Assembly: GCA_964605155.1 (NCBI GenBank) | Contig: CAZSAK010000004.1 | Coordinates: 8,538 to 72,537 of the forward strand | Reading direction: 5' to 3' | DNA: 64,000 nucleotides | DNA from: an uncultured Chromatiaceae bacterium | Lineage (GTDB): Bacteria; Pseudomonadota; Gammaproteobacteria; SZUA-140 | In this document: positions 48,536-58,760 of the stretch, piece by piece | How the letters are laid out: each line of letters opens with the position of its first letter | Numbering within the stretch: the stretch's first letter is position 1 | Program-made: the position numbers and the translations under genes | The notes under the pieces: generated by a model | Told to the model about the DNA's origin: nothing | Database searches by the model: none | The model's input: only the letters and a program-made list of their open reading frames with translations

Positions 48536-49879
48536 TCAGGGAGTCGTGCCAGGTCCTACGGTCACGGTCACCATCTTGTCCGGATGGACACGCCTGTCGA
48601 AGGCATCCTCGATTTGCTTGACGGTTACCGCATCGACATGATCGTTGAAGGTATCTAGAAAATCGAGTGGCAAATTATAGAATCCGATGGAAGATAGATT
48701 ATCCACTATCTTGCCGTTGCTGGAGATACGCAATGGGAATCCGCCGGTAATATTCTGTTTGGATGCCTTGAGTTCCTTTTCCGTGGGGCCATCGTCGATG
48801 AAGTCCCGCAGGGTATCACGCAGGACACCGATGGCCTCTTGCGTTTGTTCATTGCGCGTCTGCAGACCAAGTGTATACGGTCCCTTGTAGCGCATGGGTG
48901 TAAAATAACTGTAGGCGCTGTATGAAAGGCCGCGTTTTTCGCGGACTTCTTCACTGATGCGCGATACCAGGCCGCTTCCACCGAGGATGTGATTGCCAAC
49001 ATAGAGAGGGAAATAATCCGGATCATCGCGGGTCATCCCCGGCTGTCCGATCAGGACGTGGGTCTGAGTTGAGGGAAAATCTATATGAATGGTAGCGGCC
49101 TCTGTCAGTGGTTCCACCTTGTGTAGCGGCGGAGGTGTTTTCCCAGCCGGCAATCCTGATACCAGGGTATCGACAAGCGCCTCGGCACCGGCACGGTCCA
49201 GCGCGCCGACAACGGCCACAACCGCATTTCGCGCCACATAAAAGCGTTTATGAAAGTCGATCGCATCGTCACGGTCAAGTTCAATCAGTGAGTCTTCTGT
49301 ACCGAGTATCGGAGAGGCATATGGATGGGCGTTGTATAAGGCCTTGTAAAAGGCCTTGCTGGCGATGGCGCCGGGTGATTGCTGTTCGGCCTGCAGGGAG
49401 ATCAGCATCTGGTTGCGCACCCTATCGAAACTGTCCTGGGGAAAGGTGGGATCGCGCAGAATAAGCGCATAGGTTTCCAGAGCGGGCTTCAGCAACTTGG
49501 GATCGGTAAGGCTGCGCAGACTGGTTACAGCCATGTCGCGATGCGAACTTGTGCCGAATTGTGCGCCGAGATTTTCAAAACGCTCTGCTATCTCATCCGC
49601 ATTGAGATCACCGGCGCCTTCGTCAAGCATGCTGTTGGTCAGTTGGGCGATCCCTTCCTTGTCACCATCGCGAGAACCTCCGGCATCAAATATGATCTGC
49701 ACATCGACCATGGGTAGTTCTGGTGCCGGGACAAAGTAGACCCGTGCGCCGTTAGCGGTGGTCCAATGCTGGATGGCGGGGGCAGCGTACGAAGTTACGG
49801 GTAAAATCGATAGACAGATGACTGCAAGCAACAGGGAGAACGAATAGAGTTTGTTCGATGGAATATGAGGAGATTTCAT
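48536..49879 (-). CDS. M16 family peptidase, inactive (non-catalytic) subunit
   Basis: Signal peptide (from MKSPHIP...). M16 fold without the HxxEH zinc motif. Paired with the upstream catalytic M16 gene. The ORF opens at 49978. Confidence 0.75.
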   Translation of the reverse strand: MKSPHIPSNKLYSFSLLLAVICLSILPVTSYAAPAIQHWTTANGARVYFVPAPELPMVDVQIIFDAGGSRDGDKEGIAQLTNSMLDEGAGDLNADEIAERFENLGAQFGTSSHRDMAVTSLRSLTDPKLLKPALETYALILRDPTFPQDSFDRVRNQMLISLQAEQQSPGAIASKAFYKALYNAHPYASPILGTEDSLIELDRDDAIDFHKRFYVARNAVVAVVGALDRAGAEALVDTLVSGLPAGKTPPPLHKVEPLTEAATIHIDFPSTQTHVLIGQPGMTRDDPDYFPLYVGNHILGGSGLVSRISEEVREKRGLSYSAYSYFTPMRYKGPYTLGLQTRNEQTQEAIGVLRDTLRDFIDDGPTEKELKASKQNITGGFPLRISSNGKIVDNLSSIGFYNLPLDFLDTFNDHVDAVTVKQIEDAFDRRVHPDKMVTVTVGPGTTP

Positions 49880-49922
49880 GGTGTCGTGCCTTAGAGTGTT
49901 CACGTGATTTATTTTCCTGTAA

Positions 49923-51302
49923 TTAAAAATCATGGCGACCTCCACCCATGGCCGGGCGATGCATGGGTTTGTCTTCAAGCGGCAGGGGTTGGAGGATTGC
50001 CACCGTCAGATTGTCATCAATCAGATATTTGCGTGCAACCTTCTGTATCTGTTCGGGCGTTACGGCCTTGATCCGGTCGACGTATTCGTCGAGTAATTTC
50101 CAGCTAAGCCCGATGCTTTCCAGCATACCTATTTGCATGGCTTGGTAGAATACCGAGTCTCGCCCGTAGACGTCCGATGCGATGACCTGTGCCTTGATGC
50201 GGGCAAGTTCGTTGTCCGAAACAGGCTTTTCGCGCAGACGCCTGACCTGTGCCTTCAGTGCATCTTCAATCTCGCCGATCGAATGGCCACGAGCGGGCGT
50301 ACCATCAAGCGTCAGAAGGTCTTCAATACGGGACGTCATGTTATAGCCGGCGCTCACGCTGGCCGCGATCTGCTTGTCCCGGATCAGTTCCTTGGAAAAT
50401 CGTGCACTGTCGCCACCGTCGAGCACCGCCGCAAGCACCTCCAGTGCGTAGGGTTCCCATTCTTCATCAGCAGTGGTCAGAACCGGGGTTTTATAACCCA
50501 TGATAATAAACGGGAGTTCGGCGGGCGTTTTTACAACGATACGGCGTTCACCGACCTGGGGTATTTCAGTTCTGGGTTTGAGTGGCTGGAGCTTGCTTGG
50601 TTTGAGCGGGCCGAAATATTTCTTAGCCAGCTTGAGTACCACCTGGGGATCAACGTCACCCACCACGACCAGGGTTGCGTTGTTGGGGGCGTACCATCTG
50701 TCATACCATGCCTTGAGGTCATCGGCGGTCATGTTTTGCAGATCATTCATCCAGCCGATAACGGAATGATGATAGGGGCTGTTGACAAAGGCTGCGGCGG
50801 TGAATTGTTCATAGGTTAATGACTGGGGACTGTCATCGGTGCGCATGCGGCGCTCTTCCATGACCACCTGTATTTCTTTTGCAAAATCTTCCTTGCGTAG
50901 GAGCAGATTACGCATGCGGTCAGATTCAAGTTCAAAACTCACGTGCAGTCGGCTTTTTTCCAGTTGCTGGAAGTATGCAGTATAGTCACGTCCTGTAAAT
51001 GCATTTTCACGACCGCCGTTTTCGCTGATAATTCGCGAAAATTCACCTGCCGGATGCTTGGACGTTCCCTTGAACATCATATGCTCGAGCGCATGGGAGA
51101 TTCCGGTGATGCCGTCATGTTCATAGCTGCTACCCACCTTGTACCATACCTGTGAAACAACAACGGGAGCGCGGTGGTCTTCCTTGACAAGCACCTTGAG
51201 GCCGTTTTTCAGCATATATTCATGTACATCCTGTGATTCAGCGGCGACAAGGTTGGTCGCGGGCAACAGCAGTGCCAGGGTAAGAATGAGAGTCTTGAAC
51301 AT
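49923..51302 (-). CDS. M16 family zinc metallopeptidase (catalytic subunit, HxxEH)
   Basis: Signal peptide; inverted zinc-binding motif HALEHMMFKGT and a downstream E. Pitrilysin/PqqL-like. Confidence 0.8.
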   Translation of the reverse strand: MFKTLILTLALLLPATNLVAAESQDVHEYMLKNGLKVLVKEDHRAPVVVSQVWYKVGSSYEHDGITGISHALEHMMFKGTSKHPAGEFSRIISENGGRENAFTGRDYTAYFQQLEKSRLHVSFELESDRMRNLLLRKEDFAKEIQVVMEERRMRTDDSPQSLTYEQFTAAAFVNSPYHHSVIGWMNDLQNMTADDLKAWYDRWYAPNNATLVVVGDVDPQVVLKLAKKYFGPLKPSKLQPLKPRTEIPQVGERRIVVKTPAELPFIIMGYKTPVLTTADEEWEPYALEVLAAVLDGGDSARFSKELIRDKQIAASVSAGYNMTSRIEDLLTLDGTPARGHSIGEIEDALKAQVRRLREKPVSDNELARIKAQVIASDVYGRDSVFYQAMQIGMLESIGLSWKLLDEYVDRIKAVTPEQIQKVARKYLIDDNLTVAILQPLPLEDKPMHRPAMGGGRHDF

Positions 51303-51524
51303 TATTTACCTGCCTTTAATAAATAGCGGACGGATCATCAGGTATCGTAACATGATAGACTGTTGCGCAGTTACGAGTTGATGGATATTTTTTACCATTA
51401 GACCCTGAAACAATGCCAGGGGTTCAACAGGATTTTGAGTGCGGTGATAGCCGCAGGCTAGATGCAAATTACATTACATCCCTGGAACAAGATGAACTAT
51501 CGGTTCCAGTAGGGTACACATGAT

Positions 51525-52493
51525 ATGTTTAGATCCGGAAAAAACCAAGAGACGATGGAAGTTCATGTTCCAAAAGCAGGCTTGCTGGGGAGATTAAAAG
51601 ACAGGTTGAGCCGCACCCGAAACGGGTTGATGGATGGAATGGCTGCCCTTTTGCTGGGCAAGAAGGTCATTGATGAAAAGGTCCTGGAAGAACTCGAAAT
51701 GGTAATGTTGTCGGCTGATCTCGGTGTAGAGGCGACACAGGAAATCATCGACGACCTGACGGAACGCGTTTCACGCAAACAACTCAATGACAGTAATGCC
51801 GTGATTGAGGCATTACGCACCGCGATGCTCGATATTCTTAAACCATGCACTAAACCCCTGGATATCCCGGGGGAACACAAGCCGTACGTGATTTTGATGG
51901 TGGGAGTCAACGGCGTGGGCAAAACTACCACCATTGGCAAGCTTGCGAAGAAACTCCAGGCGGTGGACAAGACGGTAATGCTCGCTGCCGGGGATACCTT
52001 TCGAGCCGCGGCAATCGAGCAGCTTCAGGTGTGGGGAGAACGCAATCAGATCAGTGTGATTTCCCAGCCGCGGGCCTCGGATCCCGCATCGGTTGTATTT
52101 GATGCCATGCAGGCCGCGAAGGCGCGTGATATCGATGTGTTGATTGCCGATACGGCCGGACGTTTGCACACACAGTCCAATCTTATGGAAGAACTTAAAA
52201 AGATCAGGCGTGTGATGTCGCGTATCGATGCGACCGCACCACACGAGGTCATGCTTGTGGTTGATGCCGGCACCGGACAAAATGCACTCGCCCAGGCGAA
52301 ACAGTTCCATGAGGCGGTAAATCTGACCGGTATCACATTGACGAAACTTGATGGTACGGCAAAAGGCGGTATTATTTTCGCCTTGGCGAAAAAATTTTCC
52401 ATACCCATTCGCTTTATCGGTGTAGGTGAAGGAATCGATGATCTGCGCGAATTTGATGCGGATGAATTCATTGACGCATTATTCACAAAGTAG
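51525..52493 (+). CDS. ftsY: Signal recognition particle receptor FtsY (short form lacking acidic A domain)
   Basis: NG domain; GVNGVGKTTTIGKLA, DTAGR and TKLDGTAKGG motifs. Confidence 0.9.
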   Translation: MFRSGKNQETMEVHVPKAGLLGRLKDRLSRTRNGLMDGMAALLLGKKVIDEKVLEELEMVMLSADLGVEATQEIIDDLTERVSRKQLNDSNAVIEALRTAMLDILKPCTKPLDIPGEHKPYVILMVGVNGVGKTTTIGKLAKKLQAVDKTVMLAAGDTFRAAAIEQLQVWGERNQISVISQPRASDPASVVFDAMQAAKARDIDVLIADTAGRLHTQSNLMEELKKIRRVMSRIDATAPHEVMLVVDAGTGQNALAQAKQFHEAVNLTGITLTKLDGTAKGGIIFALAKKFSIPIRFIGVGEGIDDLREFDADEFIDALFTK

Positions 52494-52524
52494 GACCTTT
52501 TCTTGAATTGCAGGGCCAGTCAGG

Positions 52525-53193
52525 ATGCTTCAATTTAATAACGTCGGCAAACGATATCCCGGCGGACACGAGGCGCTGAATGGCATAACCATGTCGCTGG
52601 AACAGGGCGAGATGGCGTTTCTGACCGGCCATTCCGGCGCCGGGAAAAGTACCTTGTTAAAATTGATCGCCCTGATCGAGCGTGCCTCCAGCGGGCAGAT
52701 CATTGTCAATGGCAAAAACCTGATGCGCATCGGGCGGCGTGGTATACCGTATATACGTCGTAAGATCGGTGTAATTTTTCAAAACAACAAACTGCTCTAT
52801 GACCGTACTGTGTTTGATAATGTTGCCCTGCCGCTGGTTATATGCGGCCATCATCATCGTGAAATACAGCGCCGGGTGCGTGCAGCACTGGACAAGGTCG
52901 GACTGCTCGACAAGGAGAGACAGGCCCCTGTCAGCCTTTCAGGCGGTGAACAACAGCGTGTCGGAATAGCGCGCGCAGTTGTCAACAGGCCGCTATTGCT
53001 ACTGGCCGATGAGCCAACGGGAAATCTTGACCCCGACTTATCGCGTGAGATTATGAACCTGTTCGAACAATTTAATCAGGTCGGGGTTACCGTACTGATT
53101 GCAACGCATGACATCGATCTGATATCCGGAATGGGACATAGAAGGTTGATACTGGATCATGGCCGTTTGATTGACCGCAGCCCGGGGCATTAG
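52525..53193 (+). CDS. ftsE: Cell division ATP-binding protein FtsE
   Basis: Walker A GHSGAGKST, LSGGEQQR, LLLADEPTGNLD. Confidence 0.9.
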   Translation: MLQFNNVGKRYPGGHEALNGITMSLEQGEMAFLTGHSGAGKSTLLKLIALIERASSGQIIVNGKNLMRIGRRGIPYIRRKIGVIFQNNKLLYDRTVFDNVALPLVICGHHHREIQRRVRAALDKVGLLDKERQAPVSLSGGEQQRVGIARAVVNRPLLLLADEPTGNLDPDLSREIMNLFEQFNQVGVTVLIATHDIDLISGMGHRRLILDHGRLIDRSPGH

Positions 53194-53197
53194 TCGG

Positions 53198-54244
53198 ATG
53201 AGTAAGCAGGTCTCGCAACGGGTGCAACGCGCAGGCGCAATCAGCAGGGAAGAGCAATCCATTGCACCTCTGATTTCACATAAAGCAAGGATTGGTGGTG
53301 CATCGGCAAGGATTCCCGGCGCCAGGATGTTAACATCCTATTTTGTGCTTCACCTGCAGGCACTCGTATTCAGCCTGGGCAGGATGTGGCGCAATCCATT
53401 CTCCAGTTTCATGACAATTGCAGTAATTGGTATAGCACTGGCCTTGCCGAGCGGACTTCATGTCATATTAAAGAATGTCCAGGGCATCAGCTCAGGATGG
53501 GAGAATGCGACACAGATTTCATTGTTTCTCAAATCGGAGGTCGCGGACGAACAGGCCCTGAATCTGGCGCGGGATCTGGAGACCATGCCCGAGATCAGCA
53601 GTGTGAAATTTCTCTCTTCCACAGACGCCCTGGATGAATTCAGGCAGTTATCCGGTTTCGGAGATGCGCTGAATGCGCTGGATGAAAACCCGTTGCCCTC
53701 TCTGTTGATTGTGCAACCTGCCTCCGAGTTCAGCGCACCCGCGCGGGTTGGACATCTTCTCGATCGACTGCGTACCCACAGTGAGGTCGATATCGCCCAA
53801 CTCGATATGGAATGGATCAAGCGCCTGTATGCTTTGATGGAGATCGGCAGACGCGGAGTACTGGTATTGGCGGCAATACTGGCAATGGCCGTACTCCTGA
53901 TCGTCGGCAATACCATTCGTCTGGCCATACAAAATCGGCGGGATGAGATCGAGGTTCAAAAGCTGATCGGAGCTACAGACGCCTTTATTCGACGGCCTTT
54001 TCTCTATAGCGGGGTGTGGCACGGGGTTTTAGGTGCGTTAATTGCATGGATGCTGGTGGCGATCTCTCTGTGGCTGCTCAATGGTCCGGTACATCGGTTA
54101 TCGATGTTGTATGACAGTAATTTCAGACTGGGATCTCTGGGGTTCGGAGCATCGGCATTATTATTGACCACCGGTATTTTTTTGGGACTCCTGGGGGCAT
54201 GGGCTGCCGTTGGAAAACATCTGCGGGAGATAGAGCCGGGCTAG
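53198..54244 (+). CDS. ftsX: Cell division permease FtsX
   Basis: 4 TM segments with a large periplasmic loop. The ORF opens at 53171, overlapping ftsE; the Met at 53198 is the first start after the ftsE stop. Confidence 0.85.
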   Translation: MSKQVSQRVQRAGAISREEQSIAPLISHKARIGGASARIPGARMLTSYFVLHLQALVFSLGRMWRNPFSSFMTIAVIGIALALPSGLHVILKNVQGISSGWENATQISLFLKSEVADEQALNLARDLETMPEISSVKFLSSTDALDEFRQLSGFGDALNALDENPLPSLLIVQPASEFSAPARVGHLLDRLRTHSEVDIAQLDMEWIKRLYALMEIGRRGVLVLAAILAMAVLLIVGNTIRLAIQNRRDEIEVQKLIGATDAFIRRPFLYSGVWHGVLGALIAWMLVAISLWLLNGPVHRLSMLYDSNFRLGSLGFGASALLLTTGIFLGLLGAWAAVGKHLREIEPG

Positions 54245-54302
54245 TACGGGCCAGGTTGATCCATGCGCCTGTTCGGTTTGTACAACTGGCGGATATCGGG
54301 CA

Positions 54303-55355
54303 GTGAAACTGTTATGCGATCTTATGAAGTTTCTCATCATCATCAATCTATTAATGTTGCTGTTTTCTTTAAATTCCAGTGCAGCAATGGACTGCGCATT
54401 TATCGGTGAGTCCTCGGGGAAGGAAATTCTGTGGACTGACATAATCGGTGTCAAGGAGCAGGGTGACAGCCTGGTAAAAACCGGACCCGAAGGCTGGAAC
54501 AGTGCTGCGTTTTCAACCCAGCATATCAGCGGTGATGGCGCATTCGAATTCACGGTCAAGGGGGCGATATCTTCCCGCATGGTGGGATTTGCCTATGTGA
54601 ATACCGATGTCAGGTATGAATGGATCGATTATGCAGTCTTCCTGACATCCTATGGCAGGCTGTATATCTTTGAAAACGGCGTGCAAAGAGGCAATTTCAC
54701 GACATACAGCGACAATGATGTAATACGAATCGAGCGCAAAAACACCGTCGTCACCTATTTGAAAAATGGTGAAAAGATCTACACCAGCAGTGTGCCGTCC
54801 ATTGGTGACCTCTATGTCGATGTCTCTTTGTATTCCGAGAATACGACCGTGAATGATGCAAGGATCTACGGCGCCGGCACGCTGACAGAGCGGGTTACAT
54901 GGCTGGACCAGGTTGATACTGAAATCAGGACGGACGCCCTAGAGAAGACGGGCGGCAAGGGATGGCAAAGCGGTGCGGCATCACTGCAATATATGCCGGG
55001 TGACGGTGCCGTCGAATTCACGGTCCGTGATGATAACGACACCCTTGTCTTCGGGCTGTCAAGGACGAATGAAAATGCCGGTTACAAGGACATCGATTAT
55101 GCCATCTACGTCTCGTCGAATGGCAGTTTTAATGTCTATGAAGACGGCTTCAACAAGGGCGGTTTTGGCACCTACCACAATAACGATCTCTTTCGAATTG
55201 AAAGACAGGGGTCGGAGATCACATATCTACGCAATTGCGAGCCCTTCTATGTCAGTAAAAAGCCGTCAACTGGACGTCTGTTGCTGGATGTATCGCTGTA
55301 TACAAGAGGGGCGCAGATCGCAAACGCCATCATTTACGGTGCTGTGTCGGAGTAA
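54303..55355 (+). CDS. Secreted protein composed of two tandem repeats of about 160 aa, unknown function (possible beta-sandwich/lectin-like)
   Basis: Signal peptide (LLMLLFSLNSSAA). Repeat 1 ...KTGPEGWNSAAFSTQHISGDGAFEFTVKG...IYGAG. Repeat 2 ...KTGGKGWQSGAASLQYMPGDGAVEFTVRD...IYGAV. The internal duplication is clear. Inserted between ftsX and rpoH. Confidence 0.6.
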   Translation: MKLLCDLMKFLIIINLLMLLFSLNSSAAMDCAFIGESSGKEILWTDIIGVKEQGDSLVKTGPEGWNSAAFSTQHISGDGAFEFTVKGAISSRMVGFAYVNTDVRYEWIDYAVFLTSYGRLYIFENGVQRGNFTTYSDNDVIRIERKNTVVTYLKNGEKIYTSSVPSIGDLYVDVSLYSENTTVNDARIYGAGTLTERVTWLDQVDTEIRTDALEKTGGKGWQSGAASLQYMPGDGAVEFTVRDDNDTLVFGLSRTNENAGYKDIDYAIYVSSNGSFNVYEDGFNKGGFGTYHNNDLFRIERQGSEITYLRNCEPFYVSKKPSTGRLLLDVSLYTRGAQIANAIIYGAVSE

Positions 55356-55516
55356 TAAATATTAACATAAACAATAAGTAATGAATTTTTATCGGCGGGT
55401 TTACAGCTTGTGTCAGGATCAATAACCACGGGCGAGGGAACTTTTAGACTTATTGGCACTCTTATAATATGAGTGCTAAACTATTGTAACTTAATGATTT
55501 GGGGTCATATTTATCC

Positions 55517-56371
55517 ATGATTAAAGGTAAGGAATTGACGATGATCGTCCCCACGGGGAGCATCGAGGGCTATATCCAGAGTGTGAATCGCATCCCGGTA
55601 CTGAGTGCCGAGGAAGAATATCGTCTGGCCGTGCGCCTGCGCGAGCATCATGACCTTGATGCAGCACGGCAACTGGTTCTGTCACACCTGCGATTTGTCG
55701 CCCATATCGCCCGTGGCTACAGCGGGTATGGATTGCCGCAGGCCGACTTGATACAGGAAGGCAATGTCGGCCTGATGAAAGCGGTCAAGCGCTTTGATCC
55801 GGAGATGAACGTCCGGCTGGTTTCGTTCGCTGTCCACTGGATACGTGCTGAAATCCATGAATTCATCCTGCGTAACTGGCGGATCGTCAAGGTGGCAACA
55901 ACCAAGGCCCAACGCAAATTGTTTTTTAACCTGCGCAGCAGAAAAAAGCGTCTCGGCTGGTTCAACCAGGACGAGGTCAATACGGTCGCCAGGGATCTGG
56001 GCGTGCGTCCCGAGGATGTCATCGAGATGGAAGCGCGGATGAGTGGCTACGATGCCTCTTTCGATCCATTCCCCGGCCATGAGGAAGAGGAGGAACGACC
56101 GTTCGCACCGGCCGCCTACCTGCAGGATTTGAGGATGGATCCCACCACTACCCTGGAACAGGATGACTGGGAAACCCATAACGCGGAGCGTTTACATGAT
56201 GCTATGGATACACTTGATGAGCGCAGCAGGGATATCCTAAGTAAACGCTGGTTGGCTGAAGAAAAGGTAACCCTCCAGGATCTGGCCGACCACTATCAGG
56301 TTTCCGCCGAGAGGATACGCCAACTGGAATCGAGCGCCATAAAAAAACTCCAGAGCGTCCTGGAAGCTTGA
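55517..56371 (+). CDS. rpoH: RNA polymerase sigma-32 (heat shock sigma factor)
   Basis: RpoH box QRKLFFNLR and regions 2.x and 4. Colinear with E. coli RpoH. The ORF opens at 55499; the Met at 55517 gives 284 aa. Confidence 0.9.
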   Translation: MIKGKELTMIVPTGSIEGYIQSVNRIPVLSAEEEYRLAVRLREHHDLDAARQLVLSHLRFVAHIARGYSGYGLPQADLIQEGNVGLMKAVKRFDPEMNVRLVSFAVHWIRAEIHEFILRNWRIVKVATTKAQRKLFFNLRSRKKRLGWFNQDEVNTVARDLGVRPEDVIEMEARMSGYDASFDPFPGHEEEEERPFAPAAYLQDLRMDPTTTLEQDDWETHNAERLHDAMDTLDERSRDILSKRWLAEEKVTLQDLADHYQVSAERIRQLESSAIKKLQSVLEA

Positions 56372-57055
56372 TCATTCCGTTATCAGATCACTGATATCAA
56401 GATGCCCGGCGATCGTCCGGGCATCGAAACTTTCAAGATAGGGCACGATACCAAGCAGCGGGGCATGTAAACGCTCATGCAATGCAGCGATATTGTTCTC
56501 GATTTCAAGACATTCCTGATTAATACAATTGGCGATCCATGCGGCAAGCCGAATACCCTGTTGCTGCAGAGTGGTTGCCGTCAACAGGGCGTGATTCAGG
56601 CACCCGAGGCGGATCCCGACCACCAGTATGACCGGTATTTGCAATGACATCACCATATCGGCGGTGCTCTGGTGGGCGTTCAACGGTACCAACCATCCAC
56701 CTACGCCTTCCATAATGGAATAGTCCGCCAGGTGTCTATGTTTCTCATACAGCAGCCTGATATGTTCGATGTCAATCTGTTGCCCGGCCATTGTTGCGGC
56801 AAGATGTGGTGCGACGGGTGCCGGTAACGCATAGGGATTGACCGCCTCGTAAGGAATGGACACTGTTGCCTGGCGTTGCAGCCTGAGAGCATCGTCATTG
56901 CGATAACCGTTATTGCTTCCCGTGCAACCACAGGCAACGGGTTTCATGGCCAGAGTGCTGTATCCTCTTTGTTGCAATGCGGCCAGAAGGCCCAGCGAAA
57001 TCCAAGTCTTGCCTACATCGGTATCGGTACCGGTGACAAAGTATGCGCGTGTCAT
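56372..57055 (-). CDS. bioD: Dethiobiotin synthetase
   Basis: P-loop GTDTDVGKT, followed by the EGVGGW motif. Confidence 0.85.
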   Translation of the reverse strand: MTRAYFVTGTDTDVGKTWISLGLLAALQQRGYSTLAMKPVACGCTGSNNGYRNDDALRLQRQATVSIPYEAVNPYALPAPVAPHLAATMAGQQIDIEHIRLLYEKHRHLADYSIMEGVGGWLVPLNAHQSTADMVMSLQIPVILVVGIRLGCLNHALLTATTLQQQGIRLAAWIANCINQECLEIENNIAALHERLHAPLLGIVPYLESFDARTIAGHLDISDLITE

Positions 57056-57058
57056 AAT

Positions 57059-58000
57059 CTATTTCCGTTGCATGGGTTTGTGAAGTTGTGACAGTGGGAT
57101 CCTGGCTTCGTGACCGCTATCCGGGGTTGGCGGCTGATTGTCACCTGCCCACGCATGACCATAGACTGCCTCGTAGCTTGCCGGCAGCACGCCATCGCGG
57201 CGATATGTTTCATATGCCTTTATGAGAGCCTGGATACGTCCCTTGCCGGTGAGAGTCTGGCGTCTTCCGGATGTAACGTTGTGGGCGCCAAGCATCTTGA
57301 GATCTTTCATGACCGCGCCTGCATCCCTGTAGGTCAGTGTAAAGCGTTCGGCATCCATCACCGGTTCGCTAAACCGGTGACGTAACAGGGCATCGCCGAT
57401 GTCGTGCATGTCAATAAAGGTATTGACATGTGTGAACTGATCAATTTGCCTCCAGCAGTCGCGTAATTCCTTCAAGGTATCAGGCCCGAACGTGCTGAAC
57501 ATCAATAATCCTCCCGGTTTCAGGATACGCCGAAATTCCTCGAATACGCGGTCAAGATCGTTACACCATTGCAGGGTAAGGTTTGAGAAGATCATATCCA
57601 CACTGCCCGTCGACAACGGAAGTTGTTCGATGTCGCCGCAGACAGGCATCTGTTTACTGAACCTGGTACCTATAACAGGCAACCGGCGCCAGACAGAATG
57701 CAAAGTTGTGCGCCGCTGCGCATAGCTCAGCATTGTGAGGGATAAATCCATGGAAATAATGCGGGCCTTGGGATAATGCTGCGACAGGGAGATGCTGAAG
57801 TTCCCGGTTCCCGAGCCAGCATCCAGAATCATGTGCGGCTGGAGTCGAATAAGGTCAAGTCTTTCAATCATCCTCTGACCGATTTCACGCTGTAATACAG
57901 CGACCTCGTCATAGCGTGAGGCCGCCTGGTCAAAACCGCTGCGTACCTGATGCTTGTCCAGGTGAAATTCATTATGAACCTTATGTTGGCCGGTATTCAT
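57059..58000 (-). CDS. bioC: Malonyl-[ACP] O-methyltransferase BioC (with about 60-aa C-terminal extension)
   Basis: SAM-MTase motifs ILDAGSGTG and IFSNLTLQWCND. The start was chosen at the internal Met overlapping the bioH stop. The ORF opens at 58057. Confidence 0.8.
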   Translation of the reverse strand: MNTGQHKVHNEFHLDKHQVRSGFDQAASRYDEVAVLQREIGQRMIERLDLIRLQPHMILDAGSGTGNFSISLSQHYPKARIISMDLSLTMLSYAQRRTTLHSVWRRLPVIGTRFSKQMPVCGDIEQLPLSTGSVDMIFSNLTLQWCNDLDRVFEEFRRILKPGGLLMFSTFGPDTLKELRDCWRQIDQFTHVNTFIDMHDIGDALLRHRFSEPVMDAERFTLTYRDAGAVMKDLKMLGAHNVTSGRRQTLTGKGRIQALIKAYETYRRDGVLPASYEAVYGHAWAGDNQPPTPDSGHEARIPLSQLHKPMQRK

Positions 58001-58760
58001 CGAGGAAATTTGTGATTGTTTGAACGAATTCCGGGCGATGCGATAAAAACGGCGCATGTCCCGCCCTGTTTATCATATGTTGTGTCGCATCGGGCAGTAG
58101 GGCCGACACGTCCCGGCCTGAGGCTTTGGGGACAAGTCGGTCATTTTGTCCGTATATGAATAGCGTTGGACACTTGATATCGGGCAGTCGCTGGCGGATA
58201 TTCTCCCGCGACAAGATTGCCAGGCCTCCTTTCAGTGCATGCGGATCCGGGGCGCCGTGCGAAAACGCCAGTTGTTGCAACCGGCGCAATGTATTGCGTT
58301 CATTATCGGAGCCTAACACCTGTAGGGCGAGAAAGTGTTTGATGGTGGACTGGTAATCGTTGGCGAGGTTATCAGCAAAGACCTTAAGGATCTGTGGATC
58401 GATGGCATGGGGCCAATCGCCAGTCTTGACGAATTGCGGTGAGCTGGCGACCAGTATTAACCGTCTAACCCGTTGCGGAAAATCGGCGGCAAGCTGCATC
58501 GCCACCATGCCGCCCAGCGACCAGCCGATCAGTGATGTCGACGGCGGCAATGCTTGAGCGATTTCCTTAGCCAGGGTTGGCAGGGTGAAATCGTCTTGCG
58601 GCATGCTGCTGGCGCCATGTCCCGGCAGGTCGATTACGGTAATACGCCACTTTCCCTTGAGATCGTCCACAATATCCTGCCAGATACCTCCATGCAGTCC
58701 CCAGCCGTGCAGTAACGCAAGGTCAGGGCCATCACCGATTGTCGATACATGCAGGTTCAT
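57981..58760 (-). CDS. bioH: Pimeloyl-[ACP] methyl ester esterase BioH
   Basis: Alpha/beta hydrolase; LHGWG and nucleophile elbow GWSLGG. Confidence 0.8.
   Translation of the reverse strand: MNLHVSTIGDGPDLALLHGWGLHGGIWQDIVDDLKGKWRITVIDLPGHGASSMPQDDFTLPTLAKEIAQALPPSTSLIGWSLGGMVAMQLAADFPQRVRRLILVASSPQFVKTGDWPHAIDPQILKVFADNLANDYQSTIKHFLALQVLGSDNERNTLRRLQQLAFSHGAPDPHALKGGLAILSRENIRQRLPDIKCPTLFIYGQNDRLVPKASGRDVSALLPDATQHMINRAGHAPFLSHRPEFVQTITNFLDEYRPT

Noticed and set aside
55440-55468. Sigma-70 promoter for rpoH (perfect TATAAT at about 55463-55468)
   Set aside because: The -10 is perfect but no acceptable -35 lies at 16-18 bp (best is ACTTTT/CTTTTA). rpoH is usually driven by several promoters including sigma-E. 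Left unannotated as too uncertain.
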